Origin: Longivirga aurantiaca
GTDB lineage: Bacteria > Actinomycetota > Actinomycetes > S36-B12 > CAIYMF01
Direction of reading: 5' to 3'
NCBI RefSeq assembly: GCF_042660085.1
Contig: NZ_JBHSTI010000008.1
Span: 1,389,876 to 1,421,875, forward strand
Length of the DNA stretch: 32,000 nucleotides
Below are positions 22,261 through 32,000 of the stretch, one piece after another. The notes under the pieces are model-generated. The model was not told where the DNA came from. It saw only the letters and a program-made list of their open reading frames with translations, and searched no databases. How positions within the stretch are numbered: the stretch's first letter is position 1; the number at the start of each line of letters is the position of its first letter. A program made the translations under genes and the position numbers.

Positions 22261-22884
22261 ATGCTGAACAACGCCGCCGCTCGCAGAGCCGTCTCCGGGA
22301 TCGTCGACCCAGTCGCCAAGGGGCTGCTGCGGATCGGCCTCTCGCCCGACGCCGTGACCCTCATCGGCACGGTTGCCACCTGCGTGGCGGCGCTGTGGTT
22401 CTTCCCACGTCAGCAGTGGGTGGCCGGCACCCTCGTGATCGCCGCCTTCGTCGTCGCCGACCTCCTCGACGGCACGATGGCCCGGATCTCGGGTCGCAGC
22501 GGACCGTGGGGCGCGTTCCTCGACTCCACCCTCGACCGGGTTGCCGACGGCGCGATCTTCGGCGGAGTGGTGCTCGGCCTCGCACTGTCGGGCGACACCC
22601 TCTCGGCTGCCGCGTGCCTCCTGGCCCTCGTGGGCGGTGGGGTCGTGTCGTACGCGAAGGCGCGGGCCGAGAGCATCGGCGTCGAGTGCAACGTCGGCAT
22701 CGCCGAGCGGGCCGAGCGCGTGATCCTCCTGCTCGTCGCCACCTTCCTCACCGGGCTCGGTGTGCCCTACGTGCTCCCCGTAGCGGTGTGGATCCTCGCG
22801 GGGCTCACCTGGATCACCGTCGGGCAGCGCATCCTGCACGTGCGGCGGCAGCTGCGCGTGCTCCCCCCCGAGGACGCCGCATGA
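22261..22884 (+). CDS. pgsA: CDP-alcohol phosphatidyltransferase; phosphatidylinositol phosphate synthase (PgsA1-type)
   Basis: C-terminal part of ORF 19972..22884, starting at ATG 22261. Motif DLLDGTMARISGRSGPWGAFLDSTLDRVAD (D-x2-DG-x2-AR...G-x3-D-x3-D). N-terminus is collinear with mycobacterial PgsA1. Sits upstream of the acyltransferase and pimA. Confidence 0.9.
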   Translation: MLNNAAARRAVSGIVDPVAKGLLRIGLSPDAVTLIGTVATCVAALWFFPRQQWVAGTLVIAAFVVADLLDGTMARISGRSGPWGAFLDSTLDRVADGAIFGGVVLGLALSGDTLSAAACLLALVGGGVVSYAKARAESIGVECNVGIAERAERVILLLVATFLTGLGVPYVLPVAVWILAGLTWITVGQRILHVRRQLRVLPPEDAA

Positions 22885-23795
22885 GCGCGCTGATGGACCA
22901 GATCACCACCCTGGGCTTCGGTGCGGGCTGGGCGGTCGTCAAGCGGATGCCGGACCGTACGGCGAACGCCACGTTCGAGCGTCTCGCCGACGCCTCGTGG
23001 GCGCGGCGCGGCCCGTCCGTGCAGCGGCTCGAGTCCAACATCCGCCGCGTCGTGGGCCCCGACGTCACCGAGGGCGAGCTCCGCGTGCTGTCCAAGCAGG
23101 CGATGCGCTCCTACCTGCGCTACTGGTGCGAGGCGTTCCGCCTTCCCGGCTGGAGCCGCGAGCGCATCGTCGAGTCGATCACGGTGATCGACGACCACCA
23201 CCTGGCCGACGGCCTCGCCACAGGCCGCGGCGTGGTCGTCGCGCTGCCGCACATGGGCAACTGGGACCACGCGGGCGCCTGGGCGACCCTCGCGCACTCG
23301 CACGTCGTCACCGTCGCGGAGAGGCTCAAGCCCGAGGACCTGTACGAGAAGTTCCTCGCCTACCGTCGCAGCCTCGGGATGGACGTCATCCCGCTCACCG
23401 GCGGCGAGCCGGTCTTCCCCTACCTCGCCGACCGCCTCCGCGAGGGCAACCTCGTCGCGCTGCTCGGCGACCGCGACCTCTCGAACTCCGGTGTGCCCGT
23501 GCAGTTCTTCGGCGCCAAGGCCAAGATGCCCGCGGGCCCCGCCGCCCTCGCCGTCGACACCGGCGCGGTTCTGATCACGGCGTCGCTGTACCTCGAGGAC
23601 GGCCGCAACCACGTGCGGTTCCAGCCGCCGGTCGACGTGCCCCAGGAGGGCGAGCGGTCGCGGCGCATCTTCCGCACCACCCAGCTCGTCGCGGACAACT
23701 TCGAGGACAGCATCCGTGCGCGCCCGACCGACTGGCACATGCTGCAGCGGCTCTGGGTCGACGACCTCGATCCGGCGAAGGCGCCGAAGGCATGA
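22881..23795 (+). CDS. patA: phosphatidylinositol mannoside acyltransferase (LpxL/HtrB-like lipid A biosynthesis acyltransferase family)
   Basis: C-terminal part of ORF 22089..23795. ATG 22881 overlaps the pgsA stop (ATGA). H-x4-D acyltransferase motif is PHMGNWD. Lies between pgsA and pimA, as Rv2611c does. Confidence 0.85.
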   Translation: MSALMDQITTLGFGAGWAVVKRMPDRTANATFERLADASWARRGPSVQRLESNIRRVVGPDVTEGELRVLSKQAMRSYLRYWCEAFRLPGWSRERIVESITVIDDHHLADGLATGRGVVVALPHMGNWDHAGAWATLAHSHVVTVAERLKPEDLYEKFLAYRRSLGMDVIPLTGGEPVFPYLADRLREGNLVALLGDRDLSNSGVPVQFFGAKAKMPAGPAALAVDTGAVLITASLYLEDGRNHVRFQPPVDVPQEGERSRRIFRTTQLVADNFEDSIRARPTDWHMLQRLWVDDLDPAKAPKA

Positions 23796-24958
23796 AGGTC
23801 GGCATCGTCTGCCCGTACGACTGGTCGGCCCCCGGCGGCGTCCAGGTGCACATCCGCGACCTCGCGGTCGCGCTGCAGCGGCTCGGCCACGAGGTGAGCG
23901 TGCTGACGCCGGCCGACGACGAGACGGACCTCCCGCCGTACGTCGTGTCCACGGGCGGCGCGGTGTCCGTGGCCTACAACGGATCACGGGCCAAGGTGGC
24001 GATCGGCCCGATCTCCACGCGGCGGGTGCGCCGCTGGATCCGTGAGGGCGAGTTCGACGTCCTGCACATCCACGAGCCGCTCGCGCCGAGCCTGTCGATC
24101 CTGTCGTGCTGGGCCGCGCGCGGACCGATCGTGGCCACGTGGCACTCGTCGATGGCCCGCTCGCGGATCCTCGCCGCCGGGTTCTCCATCGGCCAGACCG
24201 CGCTCGAGAAGGTGTCGGCGCGGATCGCGGTTAGCGAGGCCGCCCGCCAGACCCTGGTGGAGCACATGGGCGGCGACGCCGTGCTCATCCCCAACGGCGT
24301 CGACTGCTCGCTGTTCGGAGAGGGGGAGCCGCTCGACGGCTGGCCCGGCGAGGGCGGGGCGCTGTTCTTCATCGGCCGCATCGACGAGCCGCGCAAGGGC
24401 CTCCCGGTGCTGCTCGCGGCGATGCCCGACATCATCGCCGCCCACCCCGACGTCCGGCTGCTCGTGGCCGGTCCCGGCGACGTGGAGGAGATCGAGGGCG
24501 ACCTGCCGCCCGAGGTGGCCGAGCACGTCACCTTCCTCGGCCTGGTGTCCGAGGAGACCAAGGCCCGGGCGTTTGTGTCGGCGGACATCTACGTGGCCCC
24601 CAACACCGGCGGCGAGAGCTTCGGCATCGTTTTGCTCGAGGCCATGGCGAGCGGCACCCCGGTGCTCGCGAGCGACCTCGAGGCCTTCCGCCGGGTCACC
24701 GACGAGGGTCGCGCCGGCGCCGCGTTCGCCAACGAGGACCCCGAGGACCTCGCCCGCGCGGCCATCGCGCTGCTGGACGACGTGGAGGAGCGGGAGCGCC
24801 TGTCCCGCGAGGGGCTGCTGCGCGCCCGCGAGTTCGACTGGGAGACCGTCGCGAAGCGGGTGGTCGAGGTGTACGAGTCGGTGACCGTGACCGGCGAGAA
24901 GGTGTCCGAGGACCTGCGCGGCCAGCTCGTCGGCAGGCTCGCCCGAGGGGGTGGCTGA
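23792..24958 (+). CDS. pimA: GDP-mannose-dependent phosphatidylinositol alpha-mannosyltransferase (GT4)
   Basis: C-terminal part of ORF 22997..24958. ATG 23792 overlaps the upstream stop (ATGA). N-terminal MKVGIVCPYDWSAPGGVQVH and the GT4 E-x7-E motif (GESFGIVLLEAMASGTPV). Confidence 0.9.
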   Translation: MKVGIVCPYDWSAPGGVQVHIRDLAVALQRLGHEVSVLTPADDETDLPPYVVSTGGAVSVAYNGSRAKVAIGPISTRRVRRWIREGEFDVLHIHEPLAPSLSILSCWAARGPIVATWHSSMARSRILAAGFSIGQTALEKVSARIAVSEAARQTLVEHMGGDAVLIPNGVDCSLFGEGEPLDGWPGEGGALFFIGRIDEPRKGLPVLLAAMPDIIAAHPDVRLLVAGPGDVEEIEGDLPPEVAEHVTFLGLVSEETKARAFVSADIYVAPNTGGESFGIVLLEAMASGTPVLASDLEAFRRVTDEGRAGAAFANEDPEDLARAAIALLDDVEERERLSREGLLRAREFDWETVAKRVVEVYESVTVTGEKVSEDLRGQLVGRLARGGG

Positions 24959-24960
24959 CC

Positions 24961-25533
24961 GTGGACCTCGTGTGGCTCACCGACCTGCTCGTCGTCGTGG
25001 TTGTCCTCGGCGCGATCACGGTCTACCTGTCCTCGCTCGCCGGGCGCCTCGACCGCCTGCACCGCAAGATCGAGACGGCCCACGCCGCGCTCGACGCGCA
25101 GCTGCTCCGCCGGGTGGCAGCCACCCAGGACCTCGCGTCGTCCGGGCTGCTGGACCCGGCCTCGGCCCTGGTGCTGTCGTCCGCGGCGCAGTCGGCCTTC
25201 GTCATGGACGCCGACGACGACGCGCACCGGTCGCTGGTGGAGAGCGAGCTCACGCGCACGCTCGGGACCGTGTTCGAGACGCGGGAGGACGTCGACGAGG
25301 TCGTCGAGGGGGCCGGGTCGGACGCCGCCGTGGCCGACCAGCTGCTCGACGAGCTCGCGGTGGCCTGCCGGCGCGTCGAGCTCGCCCGCCGGTTCCACAA
25401 CGACGTCGTGCGCAGCTGCCTGGAGCTGCGGCACCGCCGCATCTCGCGCTGGTTCCGCCTCGCCGGTCACACACCGTTGCCGGCGCCGGTCGACTTCGAC
25501 GACACGCCCCCTGCGGGCCTGGCGACTCGCTGA
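24961..25533 (+). CDS. membrane-anchored hypothetical protein (distantly LemA-like)
   Basis: 190-aa ORF. GTG start 2 nt after the pimA stop, with GAGGGGG upstream. N-terminal transmembrane helix followed by helical repeats; ELARRFHNDVV resembles the LemA aRr-YN-V signature. The family call is tentative. Confidence 0.6.
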   Translation: MDLVWLTDLLVVVVVLGAITVYLSSLAGRLDRLHRKIETAHAALDAQLLRRVAATQDLASSGLLDPASALVLSSAAQSAFVMDADDDAHRSLVESELTRTLGTVFETREDVDEVVEGAGSDAAVADQLLDELAVACRRVELARRFHNDVVRSCLELRHRRISRWFRLAGHTPLPAPVDFDDTPPAGLATR

Positions 25534-25606
25534 CCCTCGCCGGTTTACAGTCGCAGACGAGCCCGCATGTTCGATGCCGGGCCGCCGATCCGGGAGTCTG
25601 AGACAC

Positions 25607-26674
25607 GTGCGGGCGCGACGTTCGACCATCACCACGGCAGCGACCGCCCTCGTGGCAGCGGCCCTCGTGCTCACGGGGTGCTCGGGCGGGGACCCCTCGG
25701 CGCCCGCGGCGAGCGGCTCCTCCTCGGGGTCGGCCGCCCCTACCCAGACCGCGGACACGGCCACGCCCGAGGCCACGCCCACCGACGGGATGCCCGCCGA
25801 CGCCTCGCCGCTGTCGGGCCGCGCCGGCGGCGCCGGCAAGCCGACGCTCATCGTCAAGTTCGACAACACCCCGAACGCCCAGCCCCACTCCGGTCTGAAG
25901 AAGGCCGACGTCGTCTACGTCGAGGAGGTCGAGTACGGCCTGACCCGCCTCGCGGCCGTGTTCGCCACCGACCTGCCGAAGACCGTCGGACCGGTGCGCA
26001 GCGCCCGGATCTCCGACCTCGACCTGTTCGCCAACTACGGCACCCCGGCGTTCGCCTACTCGGGCGCCCAGAAGAAGCTCAAGCCCTACATCGCGGCCAG
26101 CGCCCTGATCGACGTCAGCGGCGACAAGGGGCCCTACGGCTACTACCGCGACGGCAGCCGCCGGGCGCCGTACAACTTCATGGGCCAGCCGGACAAGCTC
26201 ATCGCCCGCGCCAAGACCGCCTCCGAGGCGCCGAGCATCGGCTTCACGTTCGCCAAGAGCGCCCCCGACGGCGGCAAGGCCGTGGCCAAGGTCACCGCGC
26301 AGTACCCGTCGTCGAGCGCGCAGTTCGTGTGGAACGTCAAGAGCGGCGGGTACGACGTCCGGCTCAACGGCAGGCCCGCTCGCGCCACCGAGGGCGGCAC
26401 GCAGCGCGCGACGACGGTCGTCGTCCAGTACGTGAAGCAGTACGACTCCGGCTTCGGCGACAAGTTCGGCGGGCGTACGCCGAAGGAGGAGACGATCGGC
26501 ACGGGCAAGGGCTGGGTCTTCCGCAACGGCAAGGCGTACAAGGTCACCTGGACGCGGGCCGGCAAGAAGGCTCCGACCACCTTCGTGGGCGCCGACGGCC
26601 AGGTCGTGCCGTTCGCGCCCGGCCAGGTCTGGGTGGTGCTCGTGAACAGGAGAACGCCCATCTCGATGGCCTAG
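25607..26674 (+). CDS. DUF3048 domain lipoprotein
   Basis: C-terminal part of ORF 25001..26674, starting at GTG 25607 with GGGAG 10 nt upstream. Lipobox LVLTGCSG, then a low-complexity linker, then IVKFDNTPNAQPHSGLKKADVVYVEEVEYGLTRLAAVF...GPVRSARISD, typical of DUF3048. Confidence 0.75.
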   Translation: MRARRSTITTAATALVAAALVLTGCSGGDPSAPAASGSSSGSAAPTQTADTATPEATPTDGMPADASPLSGRAGGAGKPTLIVKFDNTPNAQPHSGLKKADVVYVEEVEYGLTRLAAVFATDLPKTVGPVRSARISDLDLFANYGTPAFAYSGAQKKLKPYIAASALIDVSGDKGPYGYYRDGSRRAPYNFMGQPDKLIARAKTASEAPSIGFTFAKSAPDGGKAVAKVTAQYPSSSAQFVWNVKSGGYDVRLNGRPARATEGGTQRATTVVVQYVKQYDSGFGDKFGGRTPKEETIGTGKGWVFRNGKAYKVTWTRAGKKAPTTFVGADGQVVPFAPGQVWVVLVNRRTPISMA

Positions 26675-26832
26675 GCCGCACCCTCCAGGCCGGAGCGCCC
26701 CCTCCGGCGGCTGCTCCCGACGGGCCCGGAAGCGCCGATCGCCCGGGCCGGTATCCTGAGCACCGGACGCCGATCCGGCGTCAGCCCAGACGGGCCCCGA
26801 CCGGGGCCGAACCCGACTGACCCGAGGTCCTC

Positions 26833-27741
26833 ATGTCCGTCCAGCCCGAGCCCACCGTCTCCGAGACCGGCACCGCCCGCGTGAAGCGCGGGATGGCCGA
26901 GATGCTCAAGGGCGGCGTCATCATGGACGTCGTCACGGCGGAGCAGGCCAAGATCGCCGAGGACGCCGGCGCGGTGGCCGTCATGGCCCTCGAGCGCGTC
27001 CCCGCCGACATCCGCGCCCAGGGCGGCGTCTCCCGGATGAGCGACCCCGACATGATCGACAGCATCATCGCGGCGGTCTCGATCCCGGTGATGGCCAAGG
27101 CCCGGATCGGGCACTTCGTCGAGGCGCAGGTGCTGCAGAGCCTCGGCGTCGACTACATCGACGAGTCCGAGGTCCTGACCCCGGCCGACTACGCCCACCA
27201 CATCGACAAGTGGCCCTTCACCGTGCCGTTCGTCTGCGGCGCCACCAACCTCGGCGAGGCGCTGCGCCGCCTCAACGAGGGCGCGGCGATGATCCGGTCC
27301 AAGGGCGAGGCAGGCACTGGCGACGTCTCCAACGCCACCAAGCACATGCGCACCATCCGTGCCGAGATCAACCGCCTCTCCTCGATGGCCGAGGACGAGC
27401 TGTACGTCGCGGCCAAGGAGCTGCAGGCGCCGTACGAGCTGGTCGTGGAGACCGCGCGCCTGGGCCGCCTGCCCGTCGTGATGTTCACCGCGGGCGGCAT
27501 CGCCACCCCGGCCGACGCGGCGATGATGATGCAGCTCGGCGCCGACGGCGTCTTCGTGGGCTCCGGCATCTTCAAGAGCGGCAACCCGGCCGAGCGCGCC
27601 AACGCGATCGTCCAGGCCACGCTGCACTACGACGACGCGTCGATCGTGGCCAAGGTGAGCCGCGGCCTCGGCGAGGCGATGGTCGGCATCAACGTGGCCG
27701 ACATCCCGGTGCACCACCGTCTCGAGGACCGTGGCTGGTGA
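26833..27741 (+). CDS. pdxS: pyridoxal 5'-phosphate synthase lyase subunit PdxS
   Basis: 302-aa ORF, near-invariant PdxS sequence ([47 protein letters not shown]...). Confidence 0.97.
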   Translation: MSVQPEPTVSETGTARVKRGMAEMLKGGVIMDVVTAEQAKIAEDAGAVAVMALERVPADIRAQGGVSRMSDPDMIDSIIAAVSIPVMAKARIGHFVEAQVLQSLGVDYIDESEVLTPADYAHHIDKWPFTVPFVCGATNLGEALRRLNEGAAMIRSKGEAGTGDVSNATKHMRTIRAEINRLSSMAEDELYVAAKELQAPYELVVETARLGRLPVVMFTAGGIATPADAAMMMQLGADGVFVGSGIFKSGNPAERANAIVQATLHYDDASIVAKVSRGLGEAMVGINVADIPVHHRLEDRGW

Positions 27742-28361
27742 TCTCCGCTCCGACCGGGGCTGACGCCCTCGTCGGGGTCCTCGCCCTCCAGGGCGACTTC
27801 CGCGAGCACGAGCACGCCCTCGCTGCGTGCGGGGTCGCCACGCGGCGGATCCGCACCGTGGAGGACCTCGACGGGATCGACGCCCTCGTGGTGCCCGGCG
27901 GGGAGTCGACCACGATGAGCAACCTCGCGCTGCGCTGGGGGCTCATGGAGCCGCTGCGCGCCCTCGTGCGGGGCGGGCTCCCGGCGTACGGCTCGTGCGC
28001 CGGGATGATCATGCTCGCCGACCGGATCGAGGGCGGCCGCACCGACCAGGAGACGATCGGCGGCCTCGACGTCACCGTGCTCCGCAACGCCTTCGGGCGC
28101 CAGGTCGACTCCTTCGAGGCCGACCTCGACATCCCGGCGTTCGGCCCAGCGCCCATGCACGCGGTGTTCATCCGCGCCCCGTGGGTCGAGCGGGCCGGCG
28201 ACGCGGTCGAGGTGCTCGGTACGGTCCCGTCGGGCCCCGCCGCCGGTAAGATCGTGGCGGTCCGGCAGGGTCACCTGCTCGCGACCTCCTTCCACCCCGA
28301 GCTGACCGGGGACACCCGTGTGCACGAGTACTTCGTCGAGATGGTGAGAGAGCAGGCATGA
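27738..28361 (+). CDS. pdxT: pyridoxal 5'-phosphate synthase glutaminase subunit PdxT
   Basis: C-terminal part of ORF 27210..28361. GTG 27738 overlaps the pdxS stop (GTGA). Motifs: [12 protein letters not shown], catalytic Cys in [15 protein letters not shown]. Confidence 0.95.
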   Translation: MISAPTGADALVGVLALQGDFREHEHALAACGVATRRIRTVEDLDGIDALVVPGGESTTMSNLALRWGLMEPLRALVRGGLPAYGSCAGMIMLADRIEGGRTDQETIGGLDVTVLRNAFGRQVDSFEADLDIPAFGPAPMHAVFIRAPWVERAGDAVEVLGTVPSGPAAGKIVAVRQGHLLATSFHPELTGDTRVHEYFVEMVREQA

Positions 28362-29110
28362 GCGGCCACTCCAAGTGGGCGACCACCAAGCACAAGAAAG
28401 CCGCGATCGACGCCAAGCGCGGCAAGCTGTTCGCCAAGATGATCAAGAACATCGAGGTGGCGGCGCGGACCGGCGGCGGCGACCCCGCGGCCAACCCGAC
28501 GCTCTACGACGCCATCTACAAGGCCAAGAAGAGCTCGGTCCCCAACGACAACATCGACCGCGCGGTCAAGCGCGGCTCGGGTGCCGAGGCGGGCGGCGCC
28601 GAGTACGCCACGATCATGTACGAGGGCTACGGCCCCAACGGCGTGGCGGTGCTCATCGAGTGCCTCACCGACAACCGCAACCGCGCGGCCGCCGAGGTGC
28701 GTGTCGCCATGACCCGCAACGGCGGCTCGATGGCGGACCCGGGCTCGGTCTCGTACCTCTTCTCGCGCCGCGGCGTGGTCATCGTGCCGAAGAACGGCCA
28801 GTCCGAGGACGACGTGCTCGCGGCCGTGCTCGACGCCGGTGCGGAGGAGGTCAACGACCTCGGGGAGTCGTTCGAGGTCGTCTCGGCCGCGTCCGACGTC
28901 GTGGCGGTCCGCACGGCGCTCGTGGACGCCGGCATCGACTACGAGTCGGCCGACACGCCCTTCCTGCCGAGCATGCAGGTGCCCCTCGACGAGGACGGCG
29001 CCCGCAAGATGTTCAGGCTCATCGACGCACTCGAGGACAGCGACGACGTCCAGAACGTCTTCGCCAACTTCGACGTGAGCGACGAGATCATGGAGTCGCT
29101 CGACGCCTGA
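28358..29110 (+). CDS. yebC: YebC/PmpR family DNA-binding transcriptional regulator
   Basis: 250-aa ORF. ATG overlaps the pdxT stop (ATGA). Classical N-terminus [25 protein letters not shown]. Confidence 0.95.
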   Translation: MSGHSKWATTKHKKAAIDAKRGKLFAKMIKNIEVAARTGGGDPAANPTLYDAIYKAKKSSVPNDNIDRAVKRGSGAEAGGAEYATIMYEGYGPNGVAVLIECLTDNRNRAAAEVRVAMTRNGGSMADPGSVSYLFSRRGVVIVPKNGQSEDDVLAAVLDAGAEEVNDLGESFEVVSAASDVVAVRTALVDAGIDYESADTPFLPSMQVPLDEDGARKMFRLIDALEDSDDVQNVFANFDVSDEIMESLDA

Positions 29111-29154
29111 TCCGGCGTGGCGCGGCGGCACGTCGGGGGTTCGCGGGTACGATC

Positions 29155-29168
29155 CGAACACCTGTACG
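29155..29168. promoter_or_regulatory. candidate LexA (SOS) box CGAAC-ACCT-GTACG upstream of ruvC, next to a TACGAT -10 candidate (29148-29153)
   Basis: Matches 9 of 12 specified positions of the actinobacterial consensus TCGAAC-N4-GTTCGA. It sits directly downstream of a TAnnnT hexamer, 41 nt upstream of the ruvC GTG. Confidence 0.35.
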
Positions 29169-29208
29169 GGCGGCGTGCCCGTGCTCCAGCGCCCCGGAGG
29201 GACGTCGC

Positions 29209-29805
29209 GTGCGCGTGCTCGGTGTCGACCCCGGCCTCACCCGCTGCGGCGTGGGCGTGGTCGACGGCGCGCCCGGGCGGCGGGTGAGCCTCGTGCGCGT
29301 GGAGGTCGTGCGCACCTCGGCCGACCTCGACCTCGCGAGCCGGCTGCTCGCGATCGAGCAGGGGATCGAGGCCATCCTCGACGCCACCCGTCCCGACGCG
29401 GTCGCGGTCGAGCGCGTCTTCGCCCAGCACAACGTCCGCACGGTGATGGGCACCGCCCAGGCAGGGGCTCTCGCGATCGCCGCCGCTGCCCGCCGCGGCA
29501 TCCCGGTCGCGCTGCACACGCCGAGCGAGGTCAAGGCCGCCGTCACCGGGCAGGGCCGGGCCGACAAGGACCAGGTCGCCCTCATGGTGATGCGACTCCT
29601 CGGGCTCGACGCCATGCCCAAGCCCGCCGACGCCTCCGACGCCCTGGCGCTGGCGATCTGCCACCTGTGGCGCGGGGACTCCTCGGCCCGCCTGGCGGCC
29701 GCGGCGGCTGCGGCGCCGAGGTCGCGCATCCCTTCGTCCGCCTCCGCAGCCCGTCCCGCCCCCGGCCGCCGCGTCGCCGTCGGCCCCGTACGGGGCGCCT
29801 CGTGA
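29209..29805 (+). CDS. ruvC: crossover junction endodeoxyribonuclease RuvC
   Basis: C-terminal part of ORF 28375..29805, starting at GTG 29209 with GGAGGG 7 nt upstream. Motifs: [12 protein letters not shown] (catalytic Asp), [19 protein letters not shown]. The C-terminus is an Ala/Pro/Arg-rich tail. Confidence 0.9.
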   Translation: MRVLGVDPGLTRCGVGVVDGAPGRRVSLVRVEVVRTSADLDLASRLLAIEQGIEAILDATRPDAVAVERVFAQHNVRTVMGTAQAGALAIAAAARRGIPVALHTPSEVKAAVTGQGRADKDQVALMVMRLLGLDAMPKPADASDALALAICHLWRGDSSARLAAAAAAAPRSRIPSSASAARPAPGRRVAVGPVRGAS

Positions 29806-30404
29806 TCGCCTTCGTGCGCGGCACCGTGGTGACCGTCGGCGCCGGCAGCGCGGTGCTCGACGTCTCCGGCGTCGGCTACGAGCTCCTGTGCACTCCCCGC
29901 ACGCTGGCCGAGCTGCGGGTCGGGCACGAGGCCACCCTCGCCGCGGCCATGGTCGTGCGCGAGGACTCCATGACCCTGTTCGGCTTCGGCGACGCCGACG
30001 AGCGGGCCGTGTTCGACAAGCTCCAGTCGGTCTCCGGCGTCGGCCCCCGCCTCGCCCAGGCGCTCCTGGCCGCGCACACGCCCGACTCCCTGCGGCTCGC
30101 GATCGCCACCGAGGACGTGAAGGCGCTCACCCGCGTCTCCGGCGTCGGGCAGAAGGGCGCCCAGCGGCTCGTGCTCGAGCTCAAGGACAAGCTCGGCGCG
30201 CCCACGGGCACCACCGTCGACCTCACCCCCGGCGCGCACGGCGGCCCGGCCTGGCAGGGCCCGGTGCACTCCGCCCTCGTCGGCCTCGGCTGGTCGGCCC
30301 GTGAGGCGGACGCCGCCGTGGCCGCGGTGGCAGAGGACGTCGCCCCCGACGCCGACGTCGCCACCGTGCTGCGCCTCGCCCTGCGCTCGCTGGACCGCGC
30401 ATGA
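29802..30404 (+). CDS. ruvA: Holliday junction branch migration protein RuvA
   Basis: C-terminal part of ORF 29175..30404. GTG 29802 overlaps the ruvC stop (GTGA). N-terminus (M)IAFVRGTV; helix-hairpin-helix motifs [10 protein letters not shown] and [12 protein letters not shown]. Confidence 0.93.
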   Translation: MIAFVRGTVVTVGAGSAVLDVSGVGYELLCTPRTLAELRVGHEATLAAAMVVREDSMTLFGFGDADERAVFDKLQSVSGVGPRLAQALLAAHTPDSLRLAIATEDVKALTRVSGVGQKGAQRLVLELKDKLGAPTGTTVDLTPGAHGGPAWQGPVHSALVGLGWSAREADAAVAAVAEDVAPDADVATVLRLALRSLDRA

Positions 30405-31489
30405 CCTACGACGACGGCTCGTACGACGCGTCGCACGACGACCGCCTGCTCGCACCCGAGGCGGGCTCGGAGGAGGCGGCGCTCGAGTCGGCCCTGCGGC
30501 CGCGGACGCTCGACACCTTCATCGGCCAGCAGCGGGTCAAGGACCAGCTCGGGCTCGTGCTCGAGGCGGCCACCGCCCGCGGGCGGGCCGCCGACCACGT
30601 GCTGCTCGCCGGGCCGCCCGGCCTCGGCAAGACCACGCTCTCGATGATCATCGCCGCCGAGCTGGGGATGCCGCTGCGCGTCACGAGCGGCCCGGCGCTG
30701 CAGCACGCCGGCGACCTCGCGGCGGTGCTGTCGAGCCTCGTGCCCGGCGAGGTGCTGTTCCTCGACGAGATCCACCGCATGTCCCGCGCCGCGGAGGAGA
30801 TGCTCTACCTCGCGATGGAGGACTTCCGGGTCGACGTCATCGTGGGGAAGGGCCCGGGCGCCACGGCCATCCCGCTCGAACTGCCGCCGTTCACCCTCGT
30901 CGGCGCCACCACCCGGGCGGGTCTGCTGCCGGGCCCGCTGCGCGACCGGTTCGGGTTCACCGCGCACATGGACTTCTACGACGCGTCCGACCTCGAGCTC
31001 ATCCTCGCCCGCAGCGCCGCGCTGCTCGACGTGCCGCTGGCCGCTGACGCCGCGGTCGAGATCGCCGGGCGCAGCCGGGGCACGCCCCGTGTGGCCAACC
31101 GCCTGCTGCGACGCGTCCGCGACTTCGCGCAGGTGCGGGCCGACGGCCATGTCGACCTCGAGGTCGCCCACGCGGCGCTCACGCTGTACGAGGTGGACGA
31201 GATCGGCCTCGACCGGCTCGACCGCGCCGTCCTCACCGCGCTGCTCACCAAGTTCGGCGGCGGGCCGGTGGGTCTGTCCACGCTCGCCGTCGCCGTGGGG
31301 GAGGAGTCCGAGACCGTCGAGACGGTGTGCGAGCCCTTCCTCGTGCGCGCCGGGCTGCTGGCCCGCACGCCGCGCGGCCGGATCGCCACCGCCGCCGCGT
31401 GGGGGCACCTCGGGCTGCGCGCACCGGCCGGATCGGCGGCCGCGCTGCTCCCGTTCGACGAGGACGAGGGCACGGCGCCGAGCGCTTAG
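30401..31489 (+). CDS. ruvB: Holliday junction branch migration DNA helicase RuvB
   Basis: 362-aa ORF. ATG overlaps the ruvA stop (ATGA). Walker [11 protein letters not shown], Walker [10 protein letters not shown], sensor region [15 protein letters not shown]. Confidence 0.97.
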   Translation: MTYDDGSYDASHDDRLLAPEAGSEEAALESALRPRTLDTFIGQQRVKDQLGLVLEAATARGRAADHVLLAGPPGLGKTTLSMIIAAELGMPLRVTSGPALQHAGDLAAVLSSLVPGEVLFLDEIHRMSRAAEEMLYLAMEDFRVDVIVGKGPGATAIPLELPPFTLVGATTRAGLLPGPLRDRFGFTAHMDFYDASDLELILARSAALLDVPLAADAAVEIAGRSRGTPRVANRLLRRVRDFAQVRADGHVDLEVAHAALTLYEVDEIGLDRLDRAVLTALLTKFGGGPVGLSTLAVAVGEESETVETVCEPFLVRAGLLARTPRGRIATAAAWGHLGLRAPAGSAAALLPFDEDEGTAPSA

Positions 31490-31542
31490 ACTCACCTGGA
31501 CGCGTCGGGACCCTCCGTCGCTCCGAGTGAAGGATCCCCGTC

Positions 31543-31881
31543 GTGCCGCAGAACATCAGCGCCCTGCTCCCGCTGCTCCTGATCGCCGCGGCGTTCTACT
31601 TCCTCATCCTGCGCCCGACCAGGGCCCGCCAGGCGGCCCAGCGCGAGACGGTGTCCAAGCTGGCCCCGGGCGTCCGGATCATGACGACGGCCGGGCTGTT
31701 CGGCACGGTCGAGGCCCTCGACGGCGACGACGTGCTGCTCGAGATCGCGCCGGGGGTCACCGTGCGCTACGTGGCCGCCGCGGTGGCCAAGGTGCTCGAC
31801 CCGGCCGCACCCGACGCCGTTGCGGGAACCCCGGAGGAGAGCCGCCCGTCGATCATCGAGGGCGACACGGCCGGCTCCTAG
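31543..31881 (+). CDS. yajC: preprotein translocase subunit YajC
   Basis: 112-aa ORF with a GTG start and GAAGGA 8 nt upstream. N-terminal transmembrane helix, then FYFLILRPTRARQ...L..G..I.T..G..G.V, typical of YajC. Follows ruvB as in other actinobacteria. Confidence 0.9.
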   Translation: MPQNISALLPLLLIAAAFYFLILRPTRARQAAQRETVSKLAPGVRIMTTAGLFGTVEALDGDDVLLEIAPGVTVRYVAAAVAKVLDPAAPDAVAGTPEESRPSIIEGDTAGS

Positions 31882-32000
31882 CCACCCGCGGTCCGGAGAA
31901 GCCCTCCGGGTCGTCCATACTTCTCGGGCACGGGACCCTCGCGGGGCCTGTGCCCGCGCGGGTCCTCGTGGCCCGCACGGTCCACAGCGGCTCCGGCCGC

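Noticed and set aside
26675-26832. Several GC-rich hairpins and a TATCCT hexamer in the pdxS upstream region, considered as a possible riboswitch or leader element.
   Set aside because: The hairpins are short (5-7 bp), of a kind abundant in GC-rich intergenic DNA, and match no riboswitch motif I know. The first one (CCGGAG-N6-CTCCGG) is more simply the terminator of the upstream lipoprotein gene.
31968-32000. Possible start of secD (GTG 31968, VARTVHSGSGR...), expected after yajC by synteny.
   Set aside because: Only 11 codons are visible, there is no convincing SD, and nothing diagnostic can be seen. This is too little evidence to call a feature.

Overview
High-GC Actinomycetota chromosomal segment (roughly 70-75% GC by eye, third codon positions almost all G/C). 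It is almost fully coding: I support about 41 protein genes, 4 tRNAs and no rRNA. The right half (16.7-31.9 kb) is a conserved actinobacterial housekeeping block: thrS, HIT, (DCC-family gene, EF-G-like gene), pgsA, patA-like acyltransferase, pimA, a membrane protein, a DUF3048 lipoprotein, pdxS, pdxT, yebC, ruvC, ruvA, ruvB, yajC. This is the same gene order as M. tuberculosis Rv2614c...Rv2588c. Many junctions are 4-nt ATGA/GTGA start/stop overlaps. The left half carries mixed metabolic and accessory-looking genes. These are a GNAT, a LigC-type ATP-dependent ligase, a RibD_C reductase, GlsB, PPK2, YihY, a same-strand ABM / small protein / NMO / P450 / MOSC run, and a tRNA Gly-Cys-Val cluster. 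They continue with a translationally coupled ureohydrolase-PabB-PabC-GNAT operon, a DsbA-like protein, tryptophan 2,3-dioxygenase, an SsgB homologue, a PGPGW membrane protein, tRNA-Val and a secreted PQQ-type sugar dehydrogenase. I found no integrase, transposase, CRISPR array, phage genes or recognisable defence or toxin-antitoxin module, so I cannot claim a clear new multi-gene system. The signals I consider most worth follow-up are as follows. (1) Two tandem hairpins in the thrS leader have loops that both read CCUCGU, resembling a tRNA-Thr(CGU) anticodon loop; this may be ThrRS autoregulation by tRNA mimicry. (2) A pair of imperfect ~70-nt inverted repeats, each next to a C8-C9 tract, brackets the small DCC-family gene between HIT and the EF-G-like gene. 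(3) The ABM / small protein / NMO / P450 / MOSC run is uncharacterised. (4) The ureohydrolase-PabB-PabC-GNAT operon has a truncated PabB and a His-to-Asn change in a metal-binding motif. All homology calls come from motif and sequence recognition by eye; no searches were run.
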